DNA from: Scyliorhinus canicula
Taxonomy: Eukaryota
Direction of reading: 5' to 3'
DNA: 64,000 bases
Assembly (NCBI RefSeq): GCF_902713615.1
Contig: NC_052153.1
Span: 94,304,301-94,368,300 of the forward strand
Positions within the stretch are counted from its first letter, which is position 1. The number at the start of each line of letters is the position of its first letter. Below the pieces are notes generated by a model. It did no database searches. It saw nothing but the letters and a program-made list of their open reading frames with translations, and was not told the origin of the DNA. Both the position numbers and the translations under genes were made by a program. Shown piece after piece: positions 47,911 to 61,716 of this stretch.

Positions 47911-48240
47911 AGATGAAACATTGATGTTGTTGCATTATCAAGATAGTTGGTTCTAAACGATCAACTATGAATGATACCTTAGTTTTACAAGAATTTTAAC
48001 TACATACACAGAAAACAATTGAAGTATAAATTTTCAAACAAGAAATGGATAAACATACCTACATTTGAAGGAGCAAAAATCCTTGTATTATTTTATAATT
48101 GCCAAAATGCAGTAAGGTACAAAACCTGGCTAATCCATTTGAACCATTTGATGTACACTGTGACTCTTGATAATTATTTAATTTACCAGCTAAGTCTTTG
48201 CATCTGAAATTAATTATGATATATTGCTCTTTCAATACAG

Positions 48241-48381
48241 CAATCCTGCTGACATGAACATACTTGTACCAGGAGCAGGACTTGGAAGACTAGCCTGGGA
48301 GATTGCTAGATTGGGTTATAGCTGCCAGGGTAATGAGTGGAGTTTATACATGCTCTTCTGTTCGCATTTTGTACTCAACAG
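48241..48381 (+). CDS. CARNMT1: CARNMT1 exon 4 (141 bp), SAM-binding motif I
   Basis: acag|C AAT..AAC AG|gtagag encodes [41 protein letters not shown]. Confidence 0.97.
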
Positions 48382-48408
48382 GTAGAGTATGACTTCAGAA
48401 TTTGCTAT

Positions 48409-49229
48409 TGTTGCTCGTTATGTTTTCCCTTAAATTGCTCTGTTTTAATTACCTTTGCTCAAGAGTCGCCAGGTGTCTTTCTGATACCACCACAGGGTTC
48501 AAAGCCGAATACTGATCAAGACACATTTATTTACACACCCAGTCAATTATTACTCATGCACAAACTCTACTCACTAAACTACAACTACTACTAAAAGCCT
48601 ATACTTAGCTTCAAGTGGCCCACTCAGTCAGATGAACAATGGCCGTTGTCCGGTTCTGATACTGCTGGCTTCGAACTGGTATAGAATAGTAGCTAGGAGC
48701 ACCTATCTCGTAGCGTGCGTTGACCTTAGACTTACTTGGCTGGTGCTTGGCGGCCTCTCGTCGCTGAGAGCCAAATGCCAAGTTGAAGATGGAGAGGAGT
48801 AAGAGAGCAAACTGACCTTGGGGACTCTGTTTAATGCCCCCAGGGTCTTTGTGCCCTTCTGGGCGGACCCTGGACTTGGTCCCAATTAATTGGACCATGT
48901 CCCAATCGTTCGTATCGATTTTCTCCAATAACGGGGTTGTTCCCTGATCGTTGGGCGGGCTCTCTGTAACCGTTGGCCTGCCTTTGTTTTAGCTTCCACT
49001 GGCGCCGGGAAGTCTGTCCTGGTATCGATTGTTTCAATGTTTCTTTTTGTCTCCGGAGATACCTCATTACTATGCTAATGGCTAGTAGTTTCAGTTCTGT
49101 CTGGGTTCTGCAGGTTCCAATCCACAGGAACCTTGCACCTGCTTGTTTTGCTAGTGCTGTCCATTTTCCTCTGCACTCTTTGCGAGTATCCATTTTGGAA
49201 TCGGGATGTGGCCACCCCAGGTGGCTACA
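48409..49229 (-). mobile_element. 821-bp solo LTR with 4-bp TSD CTAT
   Basis: TGTTGC...GCTACA termini; CTAT at 48405-48408 and 49230-49233; minus-strand AATAAA near 48526. Confidence 0.85.
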
Positions 49230-49538
49230 CTATAAAGTGTTGTTTTAAAACTGTTTTCTAATTTGACATGATTAAAAAGCTGTATGATTTGTTTTGAAAA
49301 CAAAACAGAAACTGCTGGATTACACAGCAGGTCAATCAGAATTTATAAAGAGACAATATAGGTTGTGTCCAAATCTTTCATCAGTCCGACTTGAAATATT
49401 AACTGACTGATCTGTGTATTTTCAGCACACTGTTTTAGTTTGATTTTCAGCGTTTACAATTTTTTTGTTTGTTTTGAAAAATCTAAATGTGATTATGCTG
49501 TATAAAAATACATAATTTAACTCATTCCCCTTTTTTAG

Positions 49539-49717
49539 ATGTACTGGAATTAACACAATGACACTTTATCCCTGGATACATCAATTTAGTAACAACAAGC
49601 GATCAGCTGATCAGATTCGACCAATCCATTTTCCTGATGTTAATTCACATAGTCTTCCATCACATGCTAACTTTTCCATGACAGCAGGGGATTTCCAGGA
49701 GATCTATGCAGAACCAA
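49539..49717 (+). CDS. CARNMT1: CARNMT1 exon 5 (179 bp)
   Basis: ttag|A TGT..CCA A|gtaagt encodes [38 protein letters not shown]. Confidence 0.97.
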
Positions 49718-50224
49718 GTAAGTAATTCCATTCTTGACAATTATTCTGTCAAATTATAGATTTAGATTTGCATTTAAATCTCAAATGAAGCTGCAATAGC
49801 AATGGTTTTAATACAGTCTAAGCGATCTTCATCTAAATCTTTGAATTCCATGTTATTGTTTACAATCAAGCATTATGACTTCATTATAGCCTTGATCCAA
49901 ATATTGACAAAATAACTAAATTTCAAAGGTGAGGTGGGAGTGACTGCCCTTGGCATCAAGGGAAACTTACTAAGCAGGTGGACTGCTTGATGGAGCCATT
50001 CTAATTTGGCTCACCATTGTTTACCTGGCATCCTACTACCACCCAACCACGAGAGGCCAGAACATATTGTCCATAACTGATTTAATGATATGAAGTATCG
50101 ATCAACTGCCTGGGTGAATTTTATCATCCTTTCCTTACAGGACTTTTTTTCAAAAAAGTGGAATATTTCCTTGAGTCTTTGTAATACACAAATGTCAAAT
50201 AACTTAAGTTTTTTGTATTAACAG

Positions 50225-50338
50225 ACACATGGGACTGTGTAGCAACATGTTTCTTCATTGACACAGCACATAATGTTGTTGATTACATTGAAACAATATG
50301 GAAGATTCTGAAACTTGGAGGAATATGGATAAATCTTG
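50225..50338 (+). CDS. CARNMT1: CARNMT1 exon 6 (114 bp)
   Basis: acag|AC ACA..CTT G|gtgcgt encodes [37 protein letters not shown]. Confidence 0.96.
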
Positions 50339-52574
50339 GTGCGTAATCAGAATGTTCTGTTTCAGCTAATATTGCTTGCTCTTTTGATTAGCTAAAGGTA
50401 TATGTACCTATGCATTTTAAGCTGTTATAAATGGAATACATATCTCAGGTTTAAGAATGAAATGTTTTAGCATTTGAATCAGTCTCGGGAATTAATAAAG
50501 CCAGAATCGCCCCACATTAGCTGTACTGGAATGTTTCCATTTTTAAACCAAATATATAAATTGATGCTGCCAAATCAGTGAATGTAGTTTTGAGAAGAAA
50601 CCCTTTTGTATGTCAGTCCTGTTTTCTCCAGAAATAATGATCACAACTGCCTTGACTCCTTAAGGTATAGCATAACAAAGTAAAATGTGAACGTGATGGT
50701 ATCTGCTTTTATAAATGTACAACAGCAATATTAAATGTAACAGAAGCACTAGTGGTATTTTAAATTATGTTCCTCTGATGCTTTTCCACCTATTTCCTTA
50801 TATAGACAACACAAATACTTCGTGCAAAGTGCAAAACCTGATAAAGAAAGCACCTTGAAGACTCTTTGTAGGTGACCATTATTCTGCAGATTGTGTTTTA
50901 TTTTGCCTTTAATTTTATATATAAACTAAGCAGATTAGAGAAGTGAGAGAAACCTGACTGTATTTGATCAGGGTGAATGCTCATTTATGAAGTTATTAAT
51001 GCTTGAGTGGCAGAATATTGGTAGCTACTGAATCTTGACCTTAAAGGAAGCGAACAATATGGCAGTAGAGCAGTTCCTGGCTTTGATGGAAGTACTGTTA
51101 GTTCAGATGTTTTCACCAAAACAATAATGAGACAAATTTGAAATAGCATAGGTTTTGACTGAAAGTATGTTGCGGAGAGTTTTGGAGATTTGTAAATTAC
51201 ATACACAGCCAATAAAATGCACGATATTAATTGTAAACATCTAAGGTAAATGTATATTTTTATAGAAGTGCTTTTTATTTTATATAATTTTTGCCAACAG
51301 TTTATATTTTTTTCTCAAACTGTTTAGGGTTGGAACTTAATATTTTCAAATGAACATTTTGTGCTGCTGGTTGTATCAATTATATGCAAATGCAACAATC
51401 ATACAAACATCACTTTTTGGTGAATTGTAGATATTTGTCAGAAAAGTTAGAATAAAAATTGTCCTTGGTTATCAAATCTGCTTTTACACAGCCTACATGC
51501 ATCATGAACTCTACCACGCTTAGAAAATTATTTGAGGGAAGGTTTTTATGCATTTTAACTTTTACCCTGCCCTGTAATCTGTATTAATACTAATACAGAT
51601 ATTAATCTAACTTTATCATCTATAATATTCAGCATTTTACAACTAGTTTCTGCAAATATTTCCATGGTTTCGTTAGCATAGGAACCATTTTGTTCCATGG
51701 AATATTTGAATGTGTCTGTCCCTATTTATCCTTATCTACCCTTTTCTTCACCAGCCATTTGCCTCTCTTTTTAAGTCATGAATACAACCTTTGCTCTGTG
51801 TCTGTTCCACATTGTCTTCTATGAGGAGGGAAGAATTTTCTCCCAATTCTATTCTTGTTAATTTTGCTATCGTGTTTAGTATTCTCACTCCAAAGTAAAT
51901 GACCTGCATATATCTATATTATTGTATTTGAGCATTTTAAAGACCTGGAACATGTCTCCTTATTTTCTCTAATTAATACAAATGCAATCGATGACTCTGT
52001 TCATAACATGGAGACCGAAATACCTCATAATTCTGTAACTCCTCCCTAAGTCCTCTCGTTGCATCAGTCTTTCTGGAGGTAGGACGTGCAGGATTTTAAA
52101 CGTCAGGTAAACAGTGCGTTTTCATAGCTTGTTTTGACTTGTCTTCAAATATTTTCCGATACATTCTTACACTTTAGCTCAGTTACAGGAGCAGTCTTGC
52201 CTATTTATATACTTGCAGTATGTAGCCAGCAATCATGTTCTTTGCAAATGGACAGGTATTCATGTTTAAACTTCAGGTTTTCTTCTGTAAGGAAAGTGTT
52301 AATAAGATTGACTTGGTGGACTGCTGTAATGCTGCTTTTAATGTCTCTTTACATTGTCGTGTTATTAGTTTTTGTAGTTAAACAGTGAATTCTTGCCTTC
52401 ATGATGCTAGCTAAATTTGGGGTTACACAAAATGGTTAATACTACAGGTTATAAGGAATGGAACCACTGCAGTCTACAACTCTGAAAAGCAAACAATTTA
52501 AAAACAACAGGACAGAGAAAACAAAAATCCTGCTGTATTCGGCATTTTTTTTGTTCCTTTTTCTCACCAATTAA

Positions 52575-54345
52575 TAGGCTAAGGGCTGACAAGTCCCCTG
52601 GTCCAGATAGCTTGCATCCTAGGATCTTCTTAAAAGAAGTGCCTGCAGAGATAGTAGGTACATTGGTTGTAATCAGGGTGGCTCGGTGTCACAGTGGTTA
52701 GCATTGTTGCCTCATAGCACCAGGGACCCGGATTCGATTCCAACCTCGGGTGACTCTGTGTGGAGTCTGCATGTTCTCCCCCTGTCTGTGTGGGTTTCCT
52801 CCTGGTGCTCTGGATTCCTCCCTCATCCAAAGATGTACAGGTTAGGTGGATTGGCCATGCTAAATTGCCCTTAAGTGTCCAAAGATTGTGTGCGGTTACA
52901 AGGATAGGGATTGGACCTAGGTAGAGTGGTCTTTTGAAGGGTCGGTGCAAACTTGATGTACCAAATGGCCTCTTTTGGACTACAGGCAGTCTATGATTCT
53001 AATTGTCCAAAATTCCCTGGATTCTGAAATTGTCTCAGAAGATTGGAAAACCGTAAATGTAACACCTCTATTCAAGAGTGAAAGTAGACAGAGCAGGAAA
53101 CTACAGGCCAGTTAGCCTATCTGTCAATGGAAAAATACTAGAATCAGTTATTAAAGAGATTGTGGCAGGACTTTTAGAAAATCATAATAGAATCAGTGTT
53201 GACATGGTTCCGTGAAATAGAAATTTTGAATTCTTTGAGTAGGTAACAAACATGCATGAAGTGGAATGAATAGATGTAGTGTATTTTGATTTACAAAGGG
53301 CATTCAAGCAAATGCCACATAAAAGGTTACTACATAAGATAAGAACTCATGGTGTTGGGGATGGTACATTAGCATGGATAGAGGACTGGCTAGCCAGCAG
53401 GAAACAGAGAGCCGGGATGAATGATTAATTTTCAACTTGCCAAACTGACGAGTGGAGTGCCACAGGATTCAGTGCTGGGGCCTAATCTATTTATGATCTG
53501 TATTAATGACTTGCATGTAGGGACTGGATGTATTGTGACCAAAATTTGCTGATGACACAAAGATATGTAAGAAAGAAAGTTGTGAGGAAGATACAAAGAG
53601 TTTGCAAAGGGATGGATTAGGTGAGTGGGCAAACAAATTGGGAAATAGCATATAATAGGGAAAATGTGAGGTTGTCCACTTTGGCAGGAAGAATAGAAAA
53701 ACAGAATGGTATATAAATAGAGAGGGACTTCAAAATGCTGTGGTACAGAGGGATCTGGGTTTCTTCGTTTATGAGTCACAAAAAATGAACAGTTGCAGCA
53801 AGTAATTAGAACGGTAAATAGATTGTTGCCCATAATTATAAGACAGACGGAGTACAAAAGTAGAGAAGTCTTACTACAACACTCAGGGTAATTGATGAGA
53901 CCAGACATCGTGTACTGCATACAGTTTTGGTTTCCTTATTTAAGGAGGGGATATGATTGCATTGGAGGCAATTTAGAGAAGGTTGAACAGGTTAGGTCTG
54001 TAGAAGGAGAGGTGATCTTATTGAAACATTTTAATTTATGAGGGGGCTTAACTGCGTCGATGCTGAAGAAATATTTTCGTCATGGGGAAATCTAGTACTG
54101 GGGGTGCAACTAAAAATAAGGGGTCGACCATGTACGACTGAGATGAGGATGAATTTCTTCTCTCAGACAGTTGTTAATCTTTGGCAATCTCTTTCCCAGA
54201 GAGCAGTAGAAGGTGGGTCATTGAATATATTCAAGGCTAAGTTAGGTAGGTTTTTGATCAACAAGAGAGTAGAGCGTTATGGTGTTAATACCACAATAAG
54301 CTATAATCTTATTGAGTCAAGGGACTGATTGGTCTATTTCTTATG
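52575..54345 (+). mobile_element. Decayed CR1 ORF2 with nested SINE (52676-53000)
   Basis: DKSPGPD, YRPVS, DLQRAF, SGVPQ and FADD remnants plus tail. Confidence 0.85.
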
Positions 54346-56109
54346 ATTTAATGAACTTTTTTTATGTTTTGACAAAGGGAGGGTTGCAGTGAAACCAAAT
54401 GCAGGAGGATTAGGATGTTGAGGAACAAGTCCAGAGTCCCAGTTGTGCTCTCGATTTACAACTGTCTCCCACTGATGGTCTTAATCATGCAGCTTCCATC
54501 CCACATTCCTTCAGATTGTACCAACACGGCGCATGTATATTTTCTTGTTTATTGCACAGTTCTGAGCATTGTTCTAACTGTTTGATCAAGCTTTTATAAA
54601 TTACATGTATCGCTTGGATCATCAGATCCTTTTTGGTGTTGGACTCTTCGTCAGATAGTTTTAACCCATTTAAATGTGCCTTTGTTTCAGACCATGTCCA
54701 ACATAAATTTTGGTCCTTATGTTCAGGGCTAAATTTCTCCAAACTCTTCCATAATTTGGCATGTCTTTATTATAATTTACTGTAACCTGACAGTATTGAA
54801 AGTTGACAGAAGACTTGAATCCTACTTATTGAAGAATCGGGTAGTGAACCTTAATTCTACATTCAATTGAATATACACTTCTAGATTGCCAATTTTTAGA
54901 GACAAATTAAATGTGTATATTCTTACTGATAGTTTACTGCTCAAATCAGTAGTGTTCACAGTGTTAACTGTCATATGTCAGATTATTAAGCATCCAAGAA
55001 TTAAATGTGCACTCAATGCCAATATCACAAGCAAAATCTTCTGAGTTTTAGCCAGAGAATTCAAACATGTTAATGTTCTGAACTCGATATACATGTTGAA
55101 CATATCTTAATCTAATTCAAACGTATTTGTTCCTGCACCAACTTTTTATACTTTTTGCTCACCTCTTCACGATTCACAAGCTTCATTGTTATATTATAAA
55201 GGTTTAATTTGCAACTAAATTGATTATGTTCTGTTCTTGTAAATATAAATCCGTCTTAGAGTGCATATCATGGAGGGAGAAAATATCAATTTCTTACACT
55301 TGTATGCTTAATTTGTCCAACTCATAGAATTATATGAATCTCTTAAACTATTATCAAGTCCGAGGTATGACTATAAAATTACCATAATCTTTCAACAAAT
55401 GATACTGCACTGTTCAAGATAAAACTGTTTAAAGTTTACATGTTTTATTTGTTCACACTTAGAAGTATCATTTGTCGGCAATGTTCAATTGCCATACACT
55501 GGCCAGATTATTGAAATATTGAATTAGCAGGTCACCTGTTTCATTTGTTAGTCACTGGTTGAAAAACTTCTATTTCAGAGCCCAATAGTAATACTACTAA
55601 TGTGTCAAACTATATAGGTTAAAATCTCAGTCATCATGTTATCATTAGTTTTCTAGTATCCCTACAGTGCAGAAGAAGGCCAATCGGCCCAACGAGTCAA
55701 CACCAACCCTCTGAAAGAGCACCCTTTCCAACGTTACCTTCCCCCACCCTGTCCAACGTTACCTTTGGACACTAAAGGGCAATTTAGAATGGCCAATCCA
55801 CCTAACCTGCATTGGACTGTGTGATGAAACTATATCCAATTGTATAAGTGTGCAGAAATGGTGGATAGGAAAACACAGTTGGTCCATTGAACTTGCCCTG
55901 CATGGTTGTGATTCCTTTTAACATTATTATTCACACTATACCCTTCCCGCAGCTGCTAACAGCTATGTAATTACCTGGAAGAGGCAAAGTGTTTTATAAA
56001 ATGGCCACTTCTGATAGTTAAAATTTCTCTCCAACACCCTTAAACAATCAAAGCTAGTTCAGGAGACCACATTGACCCTGATTTATATTGCTTACTGTCT
56101 CATCCTACA

Positions 56110-56412
56110 TATAATCTATAATCTTTATTAGTGTCACAAGTAGGTTTACATTAACACTGCAATGAAGTTACTGTGAAAATCCCCTAGTCGCCGCACTCCG
56201 GCGCCTTTTCGGGTACACTGAGGAAGAATCCAGAATGTCCAATTCACCTAACAAACAAGTCTTTCAGGACTTGTGGAAGGAAACCAGAACATCCGGAGGA
56301 AACCCACGCAGACACTGGGGGAATGTGCAACTCCGCACAGACAGTGACCCAAGCCGGGAATTGAACCCGGGTCCCTGGTGTTGTGAAGCAACAGTGCTAA
56401 CCACTGTGCAGC
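56110..56412 (-). mobile_element. HE1-head SINE, third tail type
   Basis: Reverse complement of the 37405 type. Confidence 0.85.
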
Positions 56413-56707
56413 CCAGCCATCAACAGGTTCAGCTCTCTTTTGGATGTATGCAACTCAAGGCAGTAACTTGTTAAATAGATCTACAATGCCTTTGGATAAG
56501 ATTTTCCTGATATCTACTTCTACCCATGTGTCACTTTATGAATATAACCCTGACTTCACCAAACCTACCACTGGAAATCTGTCATTATGAAAACAGTCTA
56601 GCCCTTTTAATTATTTTAACCACCCTTACCAGATCACCCATTTCTAAAATAAGTAATCCCTGTTTTTTTTTTAAAGATAAACAGAAAATGCTGTTAATAG
56701 GCACCAG

Positions 56708-56710
<3 letters not shown>

Positions 56711-56738
<28 letters not shown>
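56711..56738. repeat. (GA)n microsatellite
   Basis: Fourteen GA units. Confidence 0.95.
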
Positions 56739-56741
<3 letters not shown>

Positions 56742-57852
56742 TTGGTGGTCAGGTATGTGATTTTCATCACAACAGGTTGAGGAAGTACAGAGGTGAGGAA
56801 AGAACAAAATAGAAACTCTGTGGTAGGGTGGCAGACATGAGTGATTAGAAATACGAAAGGGATGAGACTGCACAGCAAAAGTGGGTGGTAAAGGAACAAG
56901 TAAAGATATGAGATGGCTCCAAAGGAGCTGTAAATGGCAGCAACATCATTACCAAGAACTGTTATTTGATGAAATGGGAGAGTGGTTCTGGTCTATAGTT
57001 GTTGAACTCAATTTTGAGTTCATTAAGTTATAAATTAAAAGGTTTTCTTATGATCTTGTAAGATGAGGCAGCGTTCCTCAAACTTGCACCAACTGGATTG
57101 TAACAGTGTAGGGCGTCATAGTCAGAGTGGCAGTGGGTGGAGAATTAAAATAAGCAGCAAGAAACTTGGAATACTGCCTGTGGACAGAAGAGGTGTTCAT
57201 CAAAATTATCCCCAGTCTCTGGTCTCCCCAGTGTAGTGGAGATTTCAGCATGAACAACAAATCAGTATACCAAGTTGAAAGAAGTTCAAGTAACTAGCTG
57301 GGCCCTGGATGGTGGGAAGAGAGGAAGCGAAAGAGCAGGTATTGCATCTTCTATGTTTGCGTGGAAAGAGGAGCAGGTGTTAAGGGTGAGCCAAGAGAGA
57401 ATCAAAATACCACAGAGTGAATAATCCCTTTGGAATGCTGAAATGGGATGAAATTATGTATTTGTTGATGGCATAATGCTAAAGTAGCCAAAATGGTGGA
57501 GGTTAGTGGGATGAAAGATGTGGTCAATAATAATAATCTTTATTGTCACAAGTAGGCTTACAGACACTGCAATGAAGTTCCTGTGAAAATCCCCTAGTCA
57601 CCACCCTCCTGGGCCTGTTCGGGTACACTGAAGGAGAATTCAGACACCCTATCTTGTCTTGATAGGAAGGGTTGAAAGCAGAAGCGGGGAACTAAGTCTG
57701 TCAACTGCGGTGGAGAGGAATCCTCAGTTGATGGAAAAGGAAGACCTATCAGAAGCAAATATGAAAATTGGCATCACCAGAACAATGTGAAGAGACAGAA
57801 TAAATGGAATAACGTCTTACAGGAAGCAGGGTAGGAGGAAATATAATCAACG

Positions 57853-58555
57853 AAAGAGAAAATGCTGGAAAATCTCAGCAGGTCTGGCAGCATCTGTAGG
57901 GAGAGAAAAGAGCTAACGTTTCGAGTCCGATGACACTGTCAAAGCTAACAGACAGAGAAAGTGGGAAATATTTATACTGTGGAGTGAGAATGAAAGATGA
58001 GTCATAGCCACAGAAACCCAGGGAAACCGGGTGCTAAAGGCCACAGAAACCAAGGGGAAAGAGTGCTAATAGCAGTCCCCAGAGAGAACAAAAGATGTGA
58101 AAGGTCAAACAGCAGGGAAACTAACATCAGAGGATGAACTGTAGATGTGGGGGGAGGGGAAGGGGAAGCAAAGAGGAGAAAGGTGGATAAGATTGGGGGG
58201 GGAATTAAATAGAAAGAAAGAAATGGTAAAAGACAGTTAAAATGAAAAATAGGATGAAAACAAATGGGTCGAGGTAGGGTAGAGCTGATCATCTGAAGTT
58301 GTTGAATTCGATGTTCAGGCTGGAAGGCTGCAGCGTGCCTAACCGGAAGATGAAATGTTGTTCCTCCAGTTTGCGTTGATTCTCACTCCACAGTATAAAT
58401 ATTTCCCACTTTCTGTCTGTTAGCTTTTGACAAAGTAATTGGACTCGAAATGTTAGCTCTTTTCTCTCCCTACAGATGCTGCCAGACCTGCTGAGATTTT
58501 CCAGCATTTTCTTATTCCTTTCATATTCCAGCATCCGCAGTAATTTGCTTTTATC
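57853..58555 (-). mobile_element. Penelope-like element 3' end with inverted pseudo-LTRs
   Basis: Arms 57856-57991 and 58379-58512 are reverse complements. Minus-strand QRKLEEQHFIFRLGTLQPSSLNIEFNNFR resembles the C-terminus of the PLE GIY-YIG ORF. It sits in an older decayed Penelope region (~56680-59200). Confidence 0.85.
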
Positions 58556-60366
58556 CAAGGTAGTTATGGATGTCATTGGGCTGGTAGTAGATGTTGGCTG
58601 ACAGTAATCGAGATATAAAAGTTGAGGAAGGGATAGGAGGAGTTGAAGTTGAGCTATGTGGAGATGAAGGAGGATTGAAAATTTGAAACAGTTGAAATCA
58701 ATCAGTTCTGGGTGAGTGCAGGAAGCAACACTGATGTAGGCATCAATGTACTCAAAGTAAAAGTGAAGAAGGGGACCTCAGTAGGACTGGAACAAAAAAT
58801 CCCATAAAAAGCACAGCTATGATCCATGCATGACACCATAATGGCATATTTTATTTGAAAAAAGTGAGAGGAATCAAAGGAGTAAGGTAGAGGCCTGTTC
58901 ACCAAAACTCAACAGTGATGCCATTTTCAGTAGATTTGATGACAACATCAGTGTTGGATTTTGAGAGAACAGTGAGTTTCAAGTTCAGAAGGGGCAGGTT
59001 AAAGACATTGAGATGGCCCATGTTAAGCAGTAGGAGGTTGTTAGGGAGGGGTCCGGTGGAGTGAAAATTCTGAAGATGGGAGAAAGTGTCTTGTATGCAA
59101 GGAGCAAACACGTTGCCAAATGAAATGAGCACAGAGGTGAAGGTAACAGAAGAATAACTCAACTTTCTGCCAAGCTCAAGAATGAGGTAAATGACATGGT
59201 TTAAGCTGAGTATCATTCAATTAGCCCTGAACCATAACCAAAACCTTCAAATCTCGCCATGTAAGACGATGCTGTATTCTAAGTGAACGTAACCAATGTA
59301 ATACAATCAGAACATTGTATTTTGATTTATATTGAAACATTCTGGCAATGCAGCCTACCACTTTGTTTGCTTTGATTATCACTTCACAGCATTATGAACT
59401 TTAAGACAATTGAGCATCTTATTTTCTTTCAACAGATTTCAGTTCTGTACCCTGTAAGGTGTATGTATGCTTCGCATTGACTGCCCACATGCTGAACATT
59501 TATCAAAGCTAGATACCATTTGCCAATTATGCACCATTTCCCCACAGTTATCATTATCCACTTGAAGTAATTTTTTCCACTCGCTCAAACCTTCACGTTT
59601 CAACAAATTGTACATCATTGCCCTAACATCTACGTTCAGGTCATTAATGAGGATAATAAACGGCAATACCCTATCACTGATCTCTGCGGGAATTTTATAT
59701 TGTCATTCAATAGTGCACAGTTTAGAGTTTAACGTCTGTATGAACAAAATATACATATCAATCAGGGGTATTAAGCATTTATGATCAAAGGATATGGAGC
59801 CATAGGGGCCACGTAAAACATTTAAATTTATTTTCCAATGTGCAGTATTTATAACAGAGTATTTCAAGAGTGTGAATAAAAGTGCTGAATACTCAATACT
59901 TGCACTGTTCCTCAACTCTTGTATCAAAAATAAATCTTGGAAGGTTTTAGACTTAAGACACATTTTAAATTTCAGGAATGGAACTCCAAAGAAGTATTGT
60001 ATTGAAGTTCACTTACAAAATTCTTAGTGACTTGACTAGGTCAGAATTTTTGAAAGTTTTGCCTCCCATCTGTAGCCCTAAACTTAGAAAGGCTGAATGG
60101 AATTTGCAAGCTCCAAAGTTAAAGAAGACGGGTGCAGGCTTAAATCTGAGGCTATTGGCAATATCTATTTGTAAGGAAAGGGGTTGTGCAATCCTGGTGT
60201 TCTTTAAATTTTACTGGAAATAAAACAGCTTAAATAAGTTGTGAAAATGGGAAACCATGATAATTTCAGTTTCGTTGTGTTGTGGTCTAGCATACAAAAA
60301 TGAATGTGGACAATACTGTAATAGCATTGTTTTTCGATACATATTGAACATAGTTCACTGTGCATC

Positions 60367-60658
60367 AATAATAATATTTATTGTCATATGTAGGCTTATA
60401 TTAACACTACAATGAAATTACTGTAAAAAGCCCATAGACGACACATTCCAGTGCCTGTTCAGATACTCAGGGAGAATTCAAAATGCCCAAATTACCTAAC
60501 AGCATGTCTTTCGGGACTTGTGGGAGGAAACCAGAGCCCCCGTAGAAAACCCACGCGGACACAGCGAGAACGTGTAGACTCCGTACAGACAATGACCCAA
60601 GCTGGGAATCGAACCTGGAACCTTGGCACTATGAAGCAACAGTGCTAACCACTGTGCT
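60367..60658 (-). mobile_element. HE1-head SINE, third tail type
   Basis: Similar to the 56110 copy. Confidence 0.8.
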
Positions 60659-61612
60659 AATAGCTGTGTTTAGCAAAAATCTTAAAACAATTGAGTATTT
60701 TCATTATTGTTTAACTATTATTAAAATCATATGCTGCAAAAGTTAGAATTGGTTGACTGGTCACAAGTCCTTAATCTTTTGAGATATTTTGCAAGCCTTC
60801 CCATGTCACAGATCATTCGGGTCAAAAATCTATAATTGATGCAAGTACAGATTTTCGAATGTCACCTTTGAGCACAATGCATCCCTTTTTCTTAAAATTT
60901 TTCCTACAGCTGACCACTGCAGCCAGGTTGCAAAAAAAAACCTCAAAAATACACTGACATCACAGGAACAAAATAACACAGCCTTATTACCATGTGTGAA
61001 CCACCAACTAGTGCTATGATCAAATTCAAAATCTCAAAGGTGTTCTCGATAATCCTTTTAAATGTTGGTGTGTTCTCTAAACAAAATATTGCAATTGTTG
61101 TTCTACACTTAAAAATAGAATTCAGTGGTGAGAAAGATAAGAAGCAGCTTCAAAATAATTGGGTAAATGGCTGAGCAGCAATGTTTTACATCTCATGGCC
61201 ATTCAGAATGCCTCTTATACTTAAGAGGTTAAAGCTGAATAGGTCATAATAGCGGCAGTGAGTAGGAAGGAGTGAAGTCGTTTAGTTTGATATAAGTTTG
61301 GGTAATTAATTTGGGGACTAGTAGCAATTCTGCTTCAACCTTTTCAAAGAAATAAATTACAATTTATTTCAGATAATTCTCAACATACAATTAGTAAAAT
61401 AATGGGGCAAAACCTGACCTGATGTATTTCTCCGATCTTGACAACAGAAATCACTTAATGACTTAATGCCCAATTTAGGAAGGGACTCCTTTTATGAGTC
61501 ACGTTATGCACAATTCCTTTGCATGATTGTGGCCCTCTTAGTGTTATTCAATTGTAAATTGATAAATTAAATGGATTGACAAGACCACCTAACTTAAACT
61601 AATTTCTCCTAG

Positions 61613-61716
61613 GTCCTTTGCTCTATCATTTTGAGAATATGGCAAATGAAAAATCAATAGAACTGAGTTATGAAGACATCCGGCATTGCATACTTCAATA
61701 TGGATTCAAAATTGAG
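61613..61716 (+). CDS. CARNMT1: CARNMT1 exon 7 (104 bp); final exon beyond the window
   Basis: ctag|GT CCT..GAG|gtaaga encodes [35 protein letters not shown]. Confidence 0.96.
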
